Source: a plasmid. From it: DNA of 64,000 nucleotides. Position numbers and translations under genes: made by a program. The stretch is taken from the sequence record CP033547.1; one strand, 5' to 3'. The notes under the pieces are model-generated. The model had not been told where the DNA came from and made no database searches. It worked only from the letters and a program-made list of their open reading frames with translations. How positions within the stretch are numbered: position 1 is the stretch's first letter; each line of letters begins with the position of its first letter. Positions 34,720 to 45,447 of this stretch are shown here, in pieces.

Positions 34720-36024
34720 ATGAAGCAATACTGTACACTGCAAATCTACCAAGACTATGAATGGCATGACTGTGCTTTGGTTGAGGTTACGGATGATCAA
34801 AATGCTGGATGGCAGGCAGCTACACGTACATCATATTTGTTCGAATATGCTATTTCATATATGGATCTAAGAGATGGTCATGCGCTTGCTTATGACTTAC
34901 CAGTGAACGTTCAAAATAGATTGGAATCAACTTGGCCAGCATTTCTTATGGATCTATTACCTCAAGGATACGGCCGCAAAGAATTACTAATACAGCTTGA
35001 TTTTTCTGAGAATGTTCAGGAACAAGCGGACTGGGCGCTTTTAAAAGCAGGCGCAGGAAATCCAATTGGGAATCTGCGAGTCAAAGAGGCTCATGAGTGG
35101 TTACAAAGTCATTTCCCAAAGCTGCAGAATCAGGGATTTAGCCTAAGCCAAATTATTGAACGTAAAGAGAAGTTTATTGAATCGCTCGCATCTTATGGAC
35201 TTTTTATTGCTGGTTCATCTGGTATTCAGGGTGAGTGGCCAAAATTGTTGTTAACACAAGGTTATGATGATCTTTTCTATCTAGATCATACTCTTCCAGA
35301 TGATCAAGTTAAGCAGCATTGGTTGGTTAAATTTAGCCGCGGCAGTGATCAAAATTTGAATAAAATCCTGATGAACGAAGCTTTGTATATGAAAGTCGCT
35401 CAGTACTTGCAACTACGTGTACACCGGGATCTTGAGCTACATGGCAAGACTTTGTTTATTCCAAGATTTGATCGCAAAGTAATTAATGGCAAAGTTGAAA
35501 GAATTGCTCAGGAAAGCCTTGCATCTCTAGGTGGGAAGGCGGGCTTTGGGGTTAGAATGACCCATAATCAAATATGTACCCTGCTTATGGAGGCTTGTAC
35601 CGAACCAAAGCAGGAAGTATTTGAGTATTTGAAGCGTGATCTCGCAAATGTTGCCTTAGGCAATAAAGATAACCATACTCGCAATACAGCAATCCAACGC
35701 TTCAATAATGGTAAAATTCAGCTCACACCATTATTTGATTTTGCGCCAATGTGGTTACATCCTGATGGTATTGCACGTACTACTCGTTGGGAAAGAGATG
35801 ATCATGGTGGTATGCCACTTTTGAGTTCTGTGATTGAGCAGATAGCTGAAAGCACTTCGATTGGTCCACAAGAAATTAAAACTTTATTAATTGAACAGTT
35901 ACCAATTTATCGGGGATTGTTAGAAAAGATGCAGGCTCTTCAAGTAGCGGATGAAATTCTGGAAAATAGCCAATATCGAATAATCAATATTTGCCAGCAG
36001 TTGGAGGAGATCAGCCATGGATAA
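34720..36024 (+). CDS. hipA: HipA-family serine/threonine kinase toxin
   Basis: 434-aa protein with HipA N-terminal and C-terminal kinase domains (NKDNHTRNTAIQRFNNGKIQLTPLFDF). Confidence 0.75.
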   Translation: MKQYCTLQIYQDYEWHDCALVEVTDDQNAGWQAATRTSYLFEYAISYMDLRDGHALAYDLPVNVQNRLESTWPAFLMDLLPQGYGRKELLIQLDFSENVQEQADWALLKAGAGNPIGNLRVKEAHEWLQSHFPKLQNQGFSLSQIIERKEKFIESLASYGLFIAGSSGIQGEWPKLLLTQGYDDLFYLDHTLPDDQVKQHWLVKFSRGSDQNLNKILMNEALYMKVAQYLQLRVHRDLELHGKTLFIPRFDRKVINGKVERIAQESLASLGGKAGFGVRMTHNQICTLLMEACTEPKQEVFEYLKRDLANVALGNKDNHTRNTAIQRFNNGKIQLTPLFDFAPMWLHPDGIARTTRWERDDHGGMPLLSSVIEQIAESTSIGPQEIKTLLIEQLPIYRGLLEKMQALQVADEILENSQYRIINICQQLEEISHG

Positions 36025-36235
36025 ACGTTTTAAACCATTGACCCCTATTCAACAAATGGAAAAAAGACTATCTGTGCTTGAAACCATCAATAATCATCCA
36101 GACTGGTCTTTTTATCAAGTTGCTCGATTTATTCGAACAGAGCTACATTTAACACTGAATGATATGGCTAAAATTACTAAGATTGCGCCACAGACACTGC
36201 AAAAATGGAGCAACCAGGGAGCAATCCTACTTTGA
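36017..36235 (+). CDS. XRE-family HTH protein (HipB-like) overlapping the 3' end of hipA
   Basis: HTH LTLNDMAKITKIAPQTLQKWSNQG. 8-bp overlap with hipA. Confidence 0.5.
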   Translation: MDKRFKPLTPIQQMEKRLSVLETINNHPDWSFYQVARFIRTELHLTLNDMAKITKIAPQTLQKWSNQGAILL

Positions 36236-36388
36236 AATCCATGCAGAAATTACTCGATACTTTCGGTTTACAATTACAAATAAAAGTTAAATGATTTTTA
36301 ATTCTGAGCCATCGGTTTTTCTAAAATCTTATCCGTTTAAGGATACAAAGAGGAAATAAACAGGCTCTAGGTTGTTTTATGATTATTT

Positions 36389-36610
36389 TTAGACAAACGA
36401 CTCCAAAACCTTATGTAGCAAGGGTTTTGTCTCTACAGTAATTAATTTATTTTTGAAAAAATGGAGTAGAGTGTTTGAAATATGAATAATCGAATTCCGA
36501 GTTTCTGTAAGCACAGCAATTTCATCTGCATGTGCTTTATATTCATCTATATTTTCGAGTAATTCATCCTCTGAGAATGGGAGTTTTTTTTGATTTTCAG
36601 TGTCGTTCAT
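36389..36610 (-). CDS. Hypothetical protein (73 aa)
   Basis: ORF only. Confidence 0.25.
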   Translation of the reverse strand: MNDTENQKKLPFSEDELLENIDEYKAHADEIAVLTETRNSIIHISNTLLHFFKNKLITVETKPLLHKVLESFV

Positions 36611-36703
36611 AGAGTCATATCCTGAGAAGTTATTTAGATCATCATAAACCAGACATTTTTAATGGTGAGAATACAGACACTTTAAATGGTTTCTAACAAG
36701 ATT

Positions 36704-38187
36704 TGTTATTCCCAAGTAGAAATGTCCTACCTAATAACCAAATAGAAATGTCCTATATGGACATTTCCAAGTCAAGCACAGGATTTAGATTTCGTTGTTC
36801 AATCGCTGTTTTCTGTGCTTGTCTACGTGGCATCTTTTGAGAACGATTGCGTTTGTTTTGGTGTTCCAGTTGTTCATGCTGTTGTTGAATATGTGCCAGC
36901 ACAGAACCCAAACGTTTATTCTCAACGATCTCTCGCTGGTTGAGCTGACTTAATTTATCAAAGATGCTGTAATTGATTTTTCTTCCCTGATATTCAATGG
37001 CTACAGTACCATCCGGATATTCCAAGGAACTCAAGATACTTGCCGCCCAATCTTTGATTTTTCTTCGCTGTTTTCCAAGATATATACGCATTTATCATAA
37101 GTAATCGTCAAGCTGTTCGTGACCCTGCGGGGTTCACGCCAGGTAAAAACATCATCTAATTCTTCGGCTGTTTCAGCGATAGGCCGATGTAGATCCTTGG
37201 AATTAAAAGCCATCTTGGCGAATTTACGATTAAATTGCTCAATAAAGCACGGCAGCCACTTATTGGCATCTGCAATTGAACTGATGCCTTCTAGACGCAT
37301 CTCCTTAATCAGACGATCCTGAAGTGTTCTATTCGCTCGTTCTACACGACCTTTGGCTTGAGGGGAGTTAGCGAAAATGATATCGATATTGAGAGTGCTC
37401 AGAACACGTCCAAACTGGGTAATCTTGGTGTCTTTCTTGCTACTTTGATTCACCCTAAAAACTGAATGTTTGTCACTGTAAAATGCCAATGGCTTACCAT
37501 GCTGTTCGATATATAAACGTGTCGAAATCATATAGTCAAAGGCTGACTCTGACGCACAGAAGCGTAAATGCTGCAATTTTCCTGTGGCATCATCGATGAA
37601 TACTAGCAGACAGCATTTAGGTGCTCGACCTTCAAACCAATCATGGTGTGAGCCATCAATTTGGATCAATTCACCATAACAATCTCGGTTATAACGAGGC
37701 TGATATGGTCGTTTCAGGCGCTTGCAGCGAGGGATCCATAAATCGGCTGCAATCATCCAGGAACGCAGGGTTTCTACTGAAAGATCGAATCCATGCACGG
37801 TGGTGAGCTTTTCATGCGCTAAAGTGGGTCCGAAACCATAAAGTTGATCTGAAACAATATTGAGACACTTAAGTCTGAGTTCTTCAGGAAGTTTAGAATT
37901 GCTGATTTGGCCACGACCGGCATGGGCTAATGCAGCGGGACCTTGAGCTTTGTATTTCTGCAGTAAGCGTCTGATGTGACGTTCTGAGATATGAAGTAGC
38001 TGAGCAGCCTGGGATTGAGTTATACGTTGATCACAGATTTCTTGCAAGACCGACAATCGTTTAAGTTCTTTATCCGACATAGACACCAACATATCAAACC
38101 GTCCGCTAAGGAAATTGCAAAAGCGCATATTCTAAAAGCGGACATTTTTACTTTGGAGAAACCGGACATTTCTATTTTGGGCTTACA
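36704..38187 (-). mobile_element. IS1202-group (ISAjo2-like) IS, best-preserved copy, inserted about 6 bp from the XerC arm of a pdif site
   Basis: Transposase largely intact (365-aa ORF 37031..38128 plus 112-aa ORF 36753..37091). Same IRs as the other copies. Confidence 0.85.
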
Positions 38188-38193
38188 AAGATT

Positions 38194-38221
38194 GCTTCAC
38201 ATAAGAGATTTTATGTTAAAT
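38194..38221. other. pdif site XerC/XerD (GCTTCACATAA-gagatt-TTATGTTAAAT)
   Basis: Direct reading of the sequence. Confidence 0.6.
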
Positions 38222-38254
38222 GTCTTTTTTCATTGCTCTCTGAACTGTTGCAAT

Positions 38255-38392
38255 ACCTACAAACAAAATAAACGCAATCGTTCTCAAAAGATGCCAAGCA
38301 GACGTGCACAGAAAACAGTAATCAAAGAACGAAATCTGAATCCTGTGCTTGACTTGGAAATGTCTGTATAGGACATTTCTACTTGGGAATAA
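38255..38392 (+). mobile_element. 3'-terminal remnant (~135 bp) of another IS1202-group copy on the other side of the same pdif site
   Basis: Encodes ...NKRNRSQKMPSRRAQKTVIKERNLNPVLDLEMSV and ends TTCTACTTGGGAATAACA. Confidence 0.7.
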
Positions 38393-38817
38393 CATCATCA
38401 TGCTATATAAGTATTTAACCGTATTCTTTTATTTTTTGGCGCACCATGTATATAGATACAAAAAAAAGCAATTATTGGATAAATTAATATAGCTCCACCT
38501 GCTCGACCATCTACGGATGGAGATAAGGACATGCTTAAAACAATAAATACAATAAGATATAAAATATAACATGTTCCCCAAGTTAATAATCCAAAGAGTA
38601 TAGGGAAACAAAATTTTGAAATAACTCCAAAGGGCTTCGATCTTTTATAGAGATGCTTTTCAAAAGATTATTCGAAATATTAACAGCAACAATTGTCATA
38701 AATAGATTAAAAAGCAGAAAATAAAGCATACTAAAAATTAAATATGAAAAATAATTTATTATATATTAGTTGATTAAATTTAACATTAATTAAAATATAC
38801 GTTTAAAGATAAGCAAT

Positions 38818-38848
38818 AAAAAACCCCGACATCCTGTCGGGGTTTTTC
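38818..38848. terminator. Strong bidirectional terminator (aaaaaccccgacatcctgtcggggttttt)
   Basis: Inverted repeat flanked by A and T tracts. Confidence 0.65.
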
Positions 38849-39162
38849 GTGTTTGGTTGCAAGGTATAACTCCTGTCGTACCTAACCATCCTTGTGCTGA
38901 TCTTTCTTATTCTTATTGTTTGGAGCTTCCTGCTCTCTATGACTTCATCATAAGAAATAACGCTTTGATCAGCTAGAAGCAGATTCCTTAAATTACTGTA
39001 CGTCAAAGCGTACAAAACTGGCTTAAAAATAGCCCCCAGATTTATCCGCAGAAATTGTGGATTTTTTTCAGGCTGAAAGCCTTATAGATTGTAGGTGATT
39101 TTCTGTTTTGAGTGTTTTTAAGCAAAACTGTTGGCAAAAATATCAAAACCGCTCACAAAAAA

Positions 39163-39192
39163 AGCCGACTATTTCAAAGTCGGCTTTTTGGG
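39163..39192. terminator. Terminator hairpin (aaaaaaagccgactatttcaaagtcggcttttt)
   Basis: Inverted repeat plus a T tract. Confidence 0.6.
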
Positions 39193-39347
39193 CATTTTGG
39201 ATTTTTATGATTTAAATAAGTATCTGATTTTTATATTAATATACGAGTGTATTGCGTATAAGCACCATTATGTTAAATAGACAGTGAATTAGTGGAAAAA
39301 TCCAGTTATTGTGAAGCGTGGATAAGAGATTTTATGTCGAGCAATGA

Positions 39348-39833
39348 TTACCTATCAACAAAGTATTCAGATAAAGTCTGTTTCCATTGAGATTGTATCT
39401 CTTTATTCTTATCTCTATATTTCTCAATACATTTCATAAGGTTATATCTATTTTTTGTACAAATAGTATCTGCTATTTTACTTAATACATCTATTTGATA
39501 AGGAATAGTTAGGCCAAATTTCTCAAGGAGAATATCTATTTCTGGTAAAAATAATCTGACTAATTCTTCATTAGATTTATTAAATTTGTTTTTAAATTCT
39601 TGAGGAATACATGAATTTCCTATGCGATCATAAATTTCAGGATTTTGAACATAATGCTTATTTTCCAATATAAGGCCTTTGTATCTAAGATACTCAATAT
39701 CAATTTTTGATAAATCTTGCTCAAGAAAATAATAACAAGTCCATTTTATTTGTGATAAATGAGTTAATTCAACAAATTGGAATGGTCTCTCAATATATAT
39801 TCCCGTATTATTTATTATTTCACTAATAAACAA
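39348..39833 (-). CDS. Hypothetical protein (161 aa), AT-rich, downstream of the CBASS operon
   Basis: ORF only. No recognisable motifs. Confidence 0.35.
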   Translation of the reverse strand: MFISEIINNTGIYIERPFQFVELTHLSQIKWTCYYFLEQDLSKIDIEYLRYKGLILENKHYVQNPEIYDRIGNSCIPQEFKNKFNKSNEELVRLFLPEIDILLEKFGLTIPYQIDVLSKIADTICTKNRYNLMKCIEKYRDKNKEIQSQWKQTLSEYFVDR

Positions 39834-39871
39834 TATAAAATTAATATGATTCTTATTTAGATATTTTAGAG

Positions 39872-39978
39872 TAGACCTCTTGCGAAAGTATTATTTTTGA
39901 CTATTTTAGACTTTGATATTTATTTAAAAATCAACGTTTATCACTGATTAAATTTTGACTAACGCAAGAGGTCTATAT
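39872..39978. mobile_element. MITE-like 107-bp element with terminal inverted repeats TAGACCTCTTGCG... / ...CGCAAGAGGTCTA
   Basis: Its 19-bp left terminus is identical to the start of the IS5-family remnant at 46090. Confidence 0.5.
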
Positions 39979-40150
39979 ATTATTGGGGATATTAAAGTGA
40001 AGAGAGTCGCTGAGACTTATACAACTTAAAAAATATTTATGTATGCCGACCTTATTTAAAACAAAAAGACTCTTAATTAAAAAAAACAATATATTTATTT
40101 TAACAATTAACTGCTTCGTTAATTAGTCATTTAATCTAACTAAAGAATAT

Positions 40151-41939
40151 CTACAAAGTCGGTTTCTCTTCAATAGATGAAGTATTAGAACTTTCTGAAA
40201 ATTTACCATTATGTAATTTTTCAAAGCAATGTGGACAGGTGTCTCGAGCCACTAATTTCATATCATTAATTTTTCTACCAGTGTAACCAATACTGTAACG
40301 AGTAAAATAGTTATTTTCTAATTGATTAGAATTTCTCCATTCTAAAAGAAGATCGATTGCTAAACCCGCCACAGATAGACTGGATGAAACTGAATAAGGA
40401 GTATATGCAGCGCAAGGTCCCAAGCCCATAACTTTTTTATAGTCCTTATTCCCTAGAGGGTCTAAATCATCTTTATAATCCTGTATTCCAGATTGATGCA
40501 AACAACTAATACATCCACCTTTACTCTCATAATCGGAAGGAGTATTCATCAATGCTTGCACACATTCTCCATTGCCATATATCCATAAATGTAAAAGGTG
40601 TGGCCTATCATGTGCAGGTATTTGAATTATCTTTTCATTTAAATACTCTGCGATTTCAACTTGTCCAGTAGAATCTACTATTAAATCATATTCGTCAAAA
40701 TTACTAATTGTATTTACACTTTTTTCTACAGAGTGAATGAAAAGTCCATTATTACCAACCTGCTCTTTAATATATTCGATTATTGCATTTGCTTTATTTA
40801 ATCCAATATACTTTTTCCCTAATATATGTCTTCCTATATTTTCAAGTTTAAGGTCATCATAATCACAAACACTAAAACAACCTGTTTCCATACCAGCACC
40901 AATTTTAACTAATGCATCTGCAACATATCCTCCGATTGCACCTGCTCCAATTTGTAAAATTTTCAGATTCGTTAAATTATTGTTTTTAATACCTTCTATA
41001 TTTCTATTAATTAATTCTTGCATACAGTAACTCTTTATATAAACAGGTAACACCATCTCCCTCAATATTTCCGATAATATTCTCACATTCCCTTTTAACA
41101 ATTTATAATATTTACTCTTCCATTCTACAAAAAATGAAAAAAAATGATTCTCAAAGACCAAAGAAACGAATATTTTTTTATCGGATTTAAATTTATTTAA
41201 ATTTCTTTTTAAAACAAAAAACAATTAGGATCAATATCATTAATAAATAAAAACATTTTCCCTAATGTTATCTCCCCCTCCCTATTAAAGTAATTTGACA
41301 ATAAAGGAATATTATCTTTAAAAACTTTCAACAAAATAAAATCAAAATCAATCGTTTTTGACATTTATTATCTTTAGTAGAAATATATGTTAAAGGTAGA
41401 TTCTGAAAACTCCCATTATTATTTAACTCCACAAATAAGTTTTCAGAACTATACTTTTTCTCAAACTCATTTGAAAATATCATCCACATTGGAATTATTT
41501 CTTTTCTCAACTCTTTCATAAAAATTGAGGGATTCATTAATTCTAATATTACATGTTTAAATTGGCTTTCCAGAAAACATATAACATCTACCAGATTCTT
41601 TCTATTAATTTCTATTTTGTCATGCAAGGCATAGCAAAAATTATAGGCTTTTTATTCAAATAAGTAAAATGAGAATCAATTGAAAAATGAGGCAAAGGGA
41701 AAATAAAATGTTTAATCCTTTTATTTACTTCCAATTAAATCATCTTCAAACAAATACACTCTTGGAGGATTAATAAAATCCCAATCCAAAAAAAAATACA
41801 CCTAATCTTATATTGAATCCAGATACAACAATATTTTTCACCCATAAACTATTGTAAAACCGTTTTTTTAAATTTGTATCATAGGGATCCACTAGATTAT
41901 AACCTAGCTGTGTAAGATATTGAGCACATGAAGCGGGAA
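40151..41939 (-). CDS. cap2: CBASS Cap2-like E2/E1 (ThiF/MoeB) protein. The E1 part (40151..41224) is intact. The upstream E2-like part (41328..41939) is fragmented.
   Basis: ThiF fold GAGAIGGYVADALVKIGAG...D...CxxC. Upstream fragments include ...INPPRVYLFEDDL and the 99-aa ORF. The overall length of about 596 aa fits Cap2. Confidence 0.55.
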
Positions 41940-42440
41940 TCAAAGCGTATCCCCCTCATAAACTCTTAAAGCATAATATTTTTTATTTAAAAGTAAACTA
42001 AACCAATCTTCTTTATAACTTTTGTTTCCTGCTATCCATAGTAACTTAGGAAGCTCATTAAATTTCCCATTACTAATAAGTTGACTCCACCCTTGATAAT
42101 CACAATTAGAAGGCCGTGGTTGTGGTTCTGGATGAGTATGCCATTCGCCTATATATTGTAATATCCCATTTGAAATTTCATGTACCTTGTTTAAATAACT
42201 TTGATGTTTTGTAGACTTTCTATGAAAGCTATAAATAGTTCTTTCATCATCATCTGCTGGAGAACTAATATCGATTACCCTTAATGATTTACTACGTATT
42301 TCACCAATAATTATTCCACACGCCTCAGCTTTTTGAGCATCTGCAAACTGTCTGTGAAGATGAATTAAATGAAGTGCACTATCTGTTAAGTGCACTTCAA
42401 ATCTTAGTTCATCAGAATAAAGATGCAAGCCCAACTTCAC
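41940..42440 (-). CDS. cap3: CBASS Cap3-like JAB/MPN (JAMM) deubiquitinase-like protein
   Basis: JAMM motif EWHTHPEPQPRPSNCD (HxHx7Sx2D) and an upstream E (CGIIIGE). Confidence 0.7.
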   Translation of the reverse strand: MKLGLHLYSDELRFEVHLTDSALHLIHLHRQFADAQKAEACGIIIGEIRSKSLRVIDISSPADDDERTIYSFHRKSTKHQSYLNKVHEISNGILQYIGEWHTHPEPQPRPSNCDYQGWSQLISNGKFNELPKLLWIAGNKSYKEDWFSLLLNKKYYALRVYEGDTL

Positions 42441-43619
42441 CCACCCCTTGTAGGTTCAATTATTGCTGGGGACGTAGCTTGATATGGCAATTCCTGATTA
42501 GCATTCTCAATAACCACATAACTTTCATTGTCAGGAATTCTTTTTCCGAATTGGCTTCGCAGAAAACCAATTGAAGTTTTAGGTGATTCAATATCAATAG
42601 CTACTGAAACTGCGCTAAGTAAATCTTTAGCTAAATCATGCGCTTCTTGTCTTTCCTCTTTAGGAATTCTATTGAAGTCTTCATCTGTATGTTCAGGAAT
42701 AGAAGGTTCTTTGACTGGCCCAAGTAATGCCTTTGGGAGATGTCTTAAAACATGCAATAAAAGCAAGATCATCTCTATCTTTAACATATTGATAATTTTG
42801 ATTTGCTATAATCATCAGCAATATTGAGCTTGGCCCTCCACCATCTTTATATTCTTGATCTCGCCAAGCTTTAAGATAACGAGCAATATATCTTAATTGC
42901 CGACCATTATCTTCTTGATCAGCCAAAAAATCTGCATACCATTTACGAATTAACTCACAGTCACTATCTTTCCAATTACCATCACGTAAAGCCATATGGA
43001 TTTTAGTAATGTAATGTAATTCGATGATTTTCGCTTCACTTTCAAAGCTTTCAGTTGCGTAGTGATAACCCTTGAATACATATTCATCTTTGGCAATTGT
43101 TGCTTTTGCCTCATCTAGAATCATATTGTTTCTTTCAACTAAGCTATCGAACATTGGATCAGGTACAATATAAAGAGGTACATCCATATGTGCATTGCCT
43201 TTCAATATAAGTCGGCAACAAGTATTTTTATCTTTACATAGTTTCCAACCCTCACTATCAGCCAAAGGTTGCAATAACGTTTCCACTGCCAAATAATATG
43301 ATTTAGCTACCTTATCAGAACGTCCCTGAGCTAATAAAGAATTTGGAAGGTACACACCATAATCAACATCCATTTCTTGTGTAGGGTATGCTGGCTGGTT
43401 ACAAGTACCATAAGCCCAAGATCCTTGAAGACGGAATTTTGGCTTAACAAGATTTGGATCGCCTCCATTCTCTACAATGAAATTTGCCATACCTTGCTTC
43501 CAGCGTGGCTCTTACCTTTTGACGACACGCATTTAAATAATCACGCTGATCATTTGTAGGCTTAATTTGTGTAATAAAGCCGTCATCTCTAGCTCTAAAA
43601 GTTCTGTGTAAATTACTAC
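42437..43619 (-). CDS. CD-NTase (cGAS/DncV-like nucleotidyltransferase), with two frameshifts
   Basis: GSWAYGT...DVDYGVYL (GS...DxD) and a downstream MDVPLY. The N-terminus MGSNLHRTFRARDDGF...KVRATLEA continues in another frame from the ATG at 43619. Confidence 0.7.
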
Positions 43620-44640
43620 CCATTTAATTTATCTCCCCCTACATTTTTTTGTGGCCCATCAAACCATTCTCTTTTTCTAGAAGGCTGATTAAAATAATTT
43701 CGTATAAAATCTTTGCCCAATGCAACTTTTGCAGATTGAATTCCATTTCCTTCAAGTACTTGCTTAGCAGCATCACTTGTTTCATCTAGTCCAATAAATT
43801 GGGCTGATGCTTGCACGATCTGTTCGTCGATTTTGTAAAATTGGTTTGGAAATGGTTCCATTCTATGCTTAACCATTTGTTCCATAAATTGTTGCTGGCT
43901 ACTCAAAACTAGATCAATAATATTTGGAGCTGCCTTAAGGATAGACCCCTCACCCCAATCTAGGTATCCACCATCTTTTTTTTGTACTTGGATTAAGCTG
44001 CTTTTTTGACGATAAAGTACCAATCGAAAGAATGTGTACATCTTGAATATTCTTTTTAAACATATAATCAGCTTCATGTAAGCCAATCAAGCTAGGATCA
44101 TTAGCAAAAAGCCCACCATCTACATATTCATTTGGACCAATCGGATGTCGTGGAAAATAAGTAGGCGCTGCAGATGTAGCTAAAGCTACATCAACTATTT
44201 TTAATTTCCAATCACGTTTCAGATTTGGATTATGTGGTGTTTTCAGGGTTACAGGACTGCCTCGTGTGAAATCAATTGTAGGAATAACTACAGGACATTT
44301 GAGATCTCCTAAAATTGAATCTCCGAACCACTCTTCTAAGACAGTTTTCAATGATTCATTAGAGTATTTTGAACCTGTAAATTTAAGAAAAGGCTTAGGC
44401 TGAAATATTTTATCACCGTGTGATTTAAACAAATCAACGATAGCTTCAACTTTTATTCCATAAGCAATTGCCAACGCGACTATACCACCGACAGAGGTAC
44501 CGGTTATTAGATCAAAACAATCAGCTATAGAGTCGTGTCCATTTTCTTTAGCTTCTTGCTCTAATTCTTTTAAAACTGTTGCAGTGAATAACCCTCGATA
44601 TCCCCCCTCCTGATAGAGCTAGGATTTGAAATTTTTCCAT
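43616..44640 (-). CDS. capV: Patatin-like phospholipase effector (CapV-like), frameshifted
   Basis: N-terminal GGGYRG and GTSVGG (RC of 44475-44640), then DGG (VDGGLFANDPS). Its stop overlaps the CD-NTase start (ATGGGTAG). Confidence 0.7.
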
Positions 44641-44989
44641 TTTTGTTGAACTTATAATATGAATTACTTTTTTTTTATGAGGCCATTTGTGTGAATTTCA
44701 ACCCATTTTTTGAAAAAAAATTTATATTTTTGTTGGTTTTGTTGCATAAACATTTTGCAAGGTACTGATTTTTTAAAGGTTTGCGCAGAATTTCAACCTA
44801 AGAATAAATTTAATAAAATCATATTCTTAGGTATTTATGCAACAAAGCCTTTTTGTTTGCAAGAGCTACTTATATGCACTGCTATTATATTGAGTAATAT
44901 ATTTCTAAAAATTAAGATGGAGTTTTACTCTTATAACAAATAAAATTTAGTAACAATATATTTTTTATAATTTAATTTAGGTATATCTA

Positions 44990-45436
44990 GTGACACATTC
45001 AGTCGATCGACTCATACATAACTCACTTAAAGAAATATGTAAAAAATGTAAAGAAGATTTTTCAGGCTTAGCGATAGTTTGTTATGAGGATTTAAGTCAC
45101 CTTCCCTATATAAGCTTACATAAAGAACAATTTTTTACCGATTTTGATTTAAAAAATATTAATGAAACCTTACTGAGAATATCTACTTATTCTTCAGCCT
45201 ACCATGATGGATTTCATTTCTATGATATTAACTCTAAAAAATTAACCCATATTTCTCAATTCATCTCCCCTCCGTTAGAGTCTGTAGCATATATGAATAT
45301 TGAAAATATCATTCCTTGCGGTGCTCGTGAGATGACAGCTTACTTAACATCGAGTATTCAAGGAATATTTTGTGTAGGCCTGATCAGTGCCAATAAGACT
45401 ATAAAAGTTTTTAAAAACAACTCAATTGTTAAATAA
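44990..45436 (+). CDS. Stand-alone diadenylate-cyclase (DisA_N/DAC)-like domain protein, 148 aa, with an atypical REM in place of RHR
   Basis: YHDGFHFYD (compare HDGAVII) and GAREMTAYLTS (compare GTRHRAALGIS), with DAC-like spacing. No DisA linker or HhH domains. Confidence 0.5.
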   Translation: MTHSVDRLIHNSLKEICKKCKEDFSGLAIVCYEDLSHLPYISLHKEQFFTDFDLKNINETLLRISTYSSAYHDGFHFYDINSKKLTHISQFISPPLESVAYMNIENIIPCGAREMTAYLTSSIQGIFCVGLISANKTIKVFKNNSIVK

Positions 45437-45447
45437 CGGGTAAGTGC

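Noticed and set aside
38429-39015. Small ORFs 38429..38611 and 38803..39015
   Set aside because: Low-complexity AT-rich translation in a terminator-rich intergenic region. No supporting signals.
39042-39062. Inverted pair of DnaA-box-like 9-mers (TTATCCGCA ... TGTGGAT)
   Set aside because: A single imperfect pair with no accompanying AT-rich unwinding element or rep gene. Probably chance.
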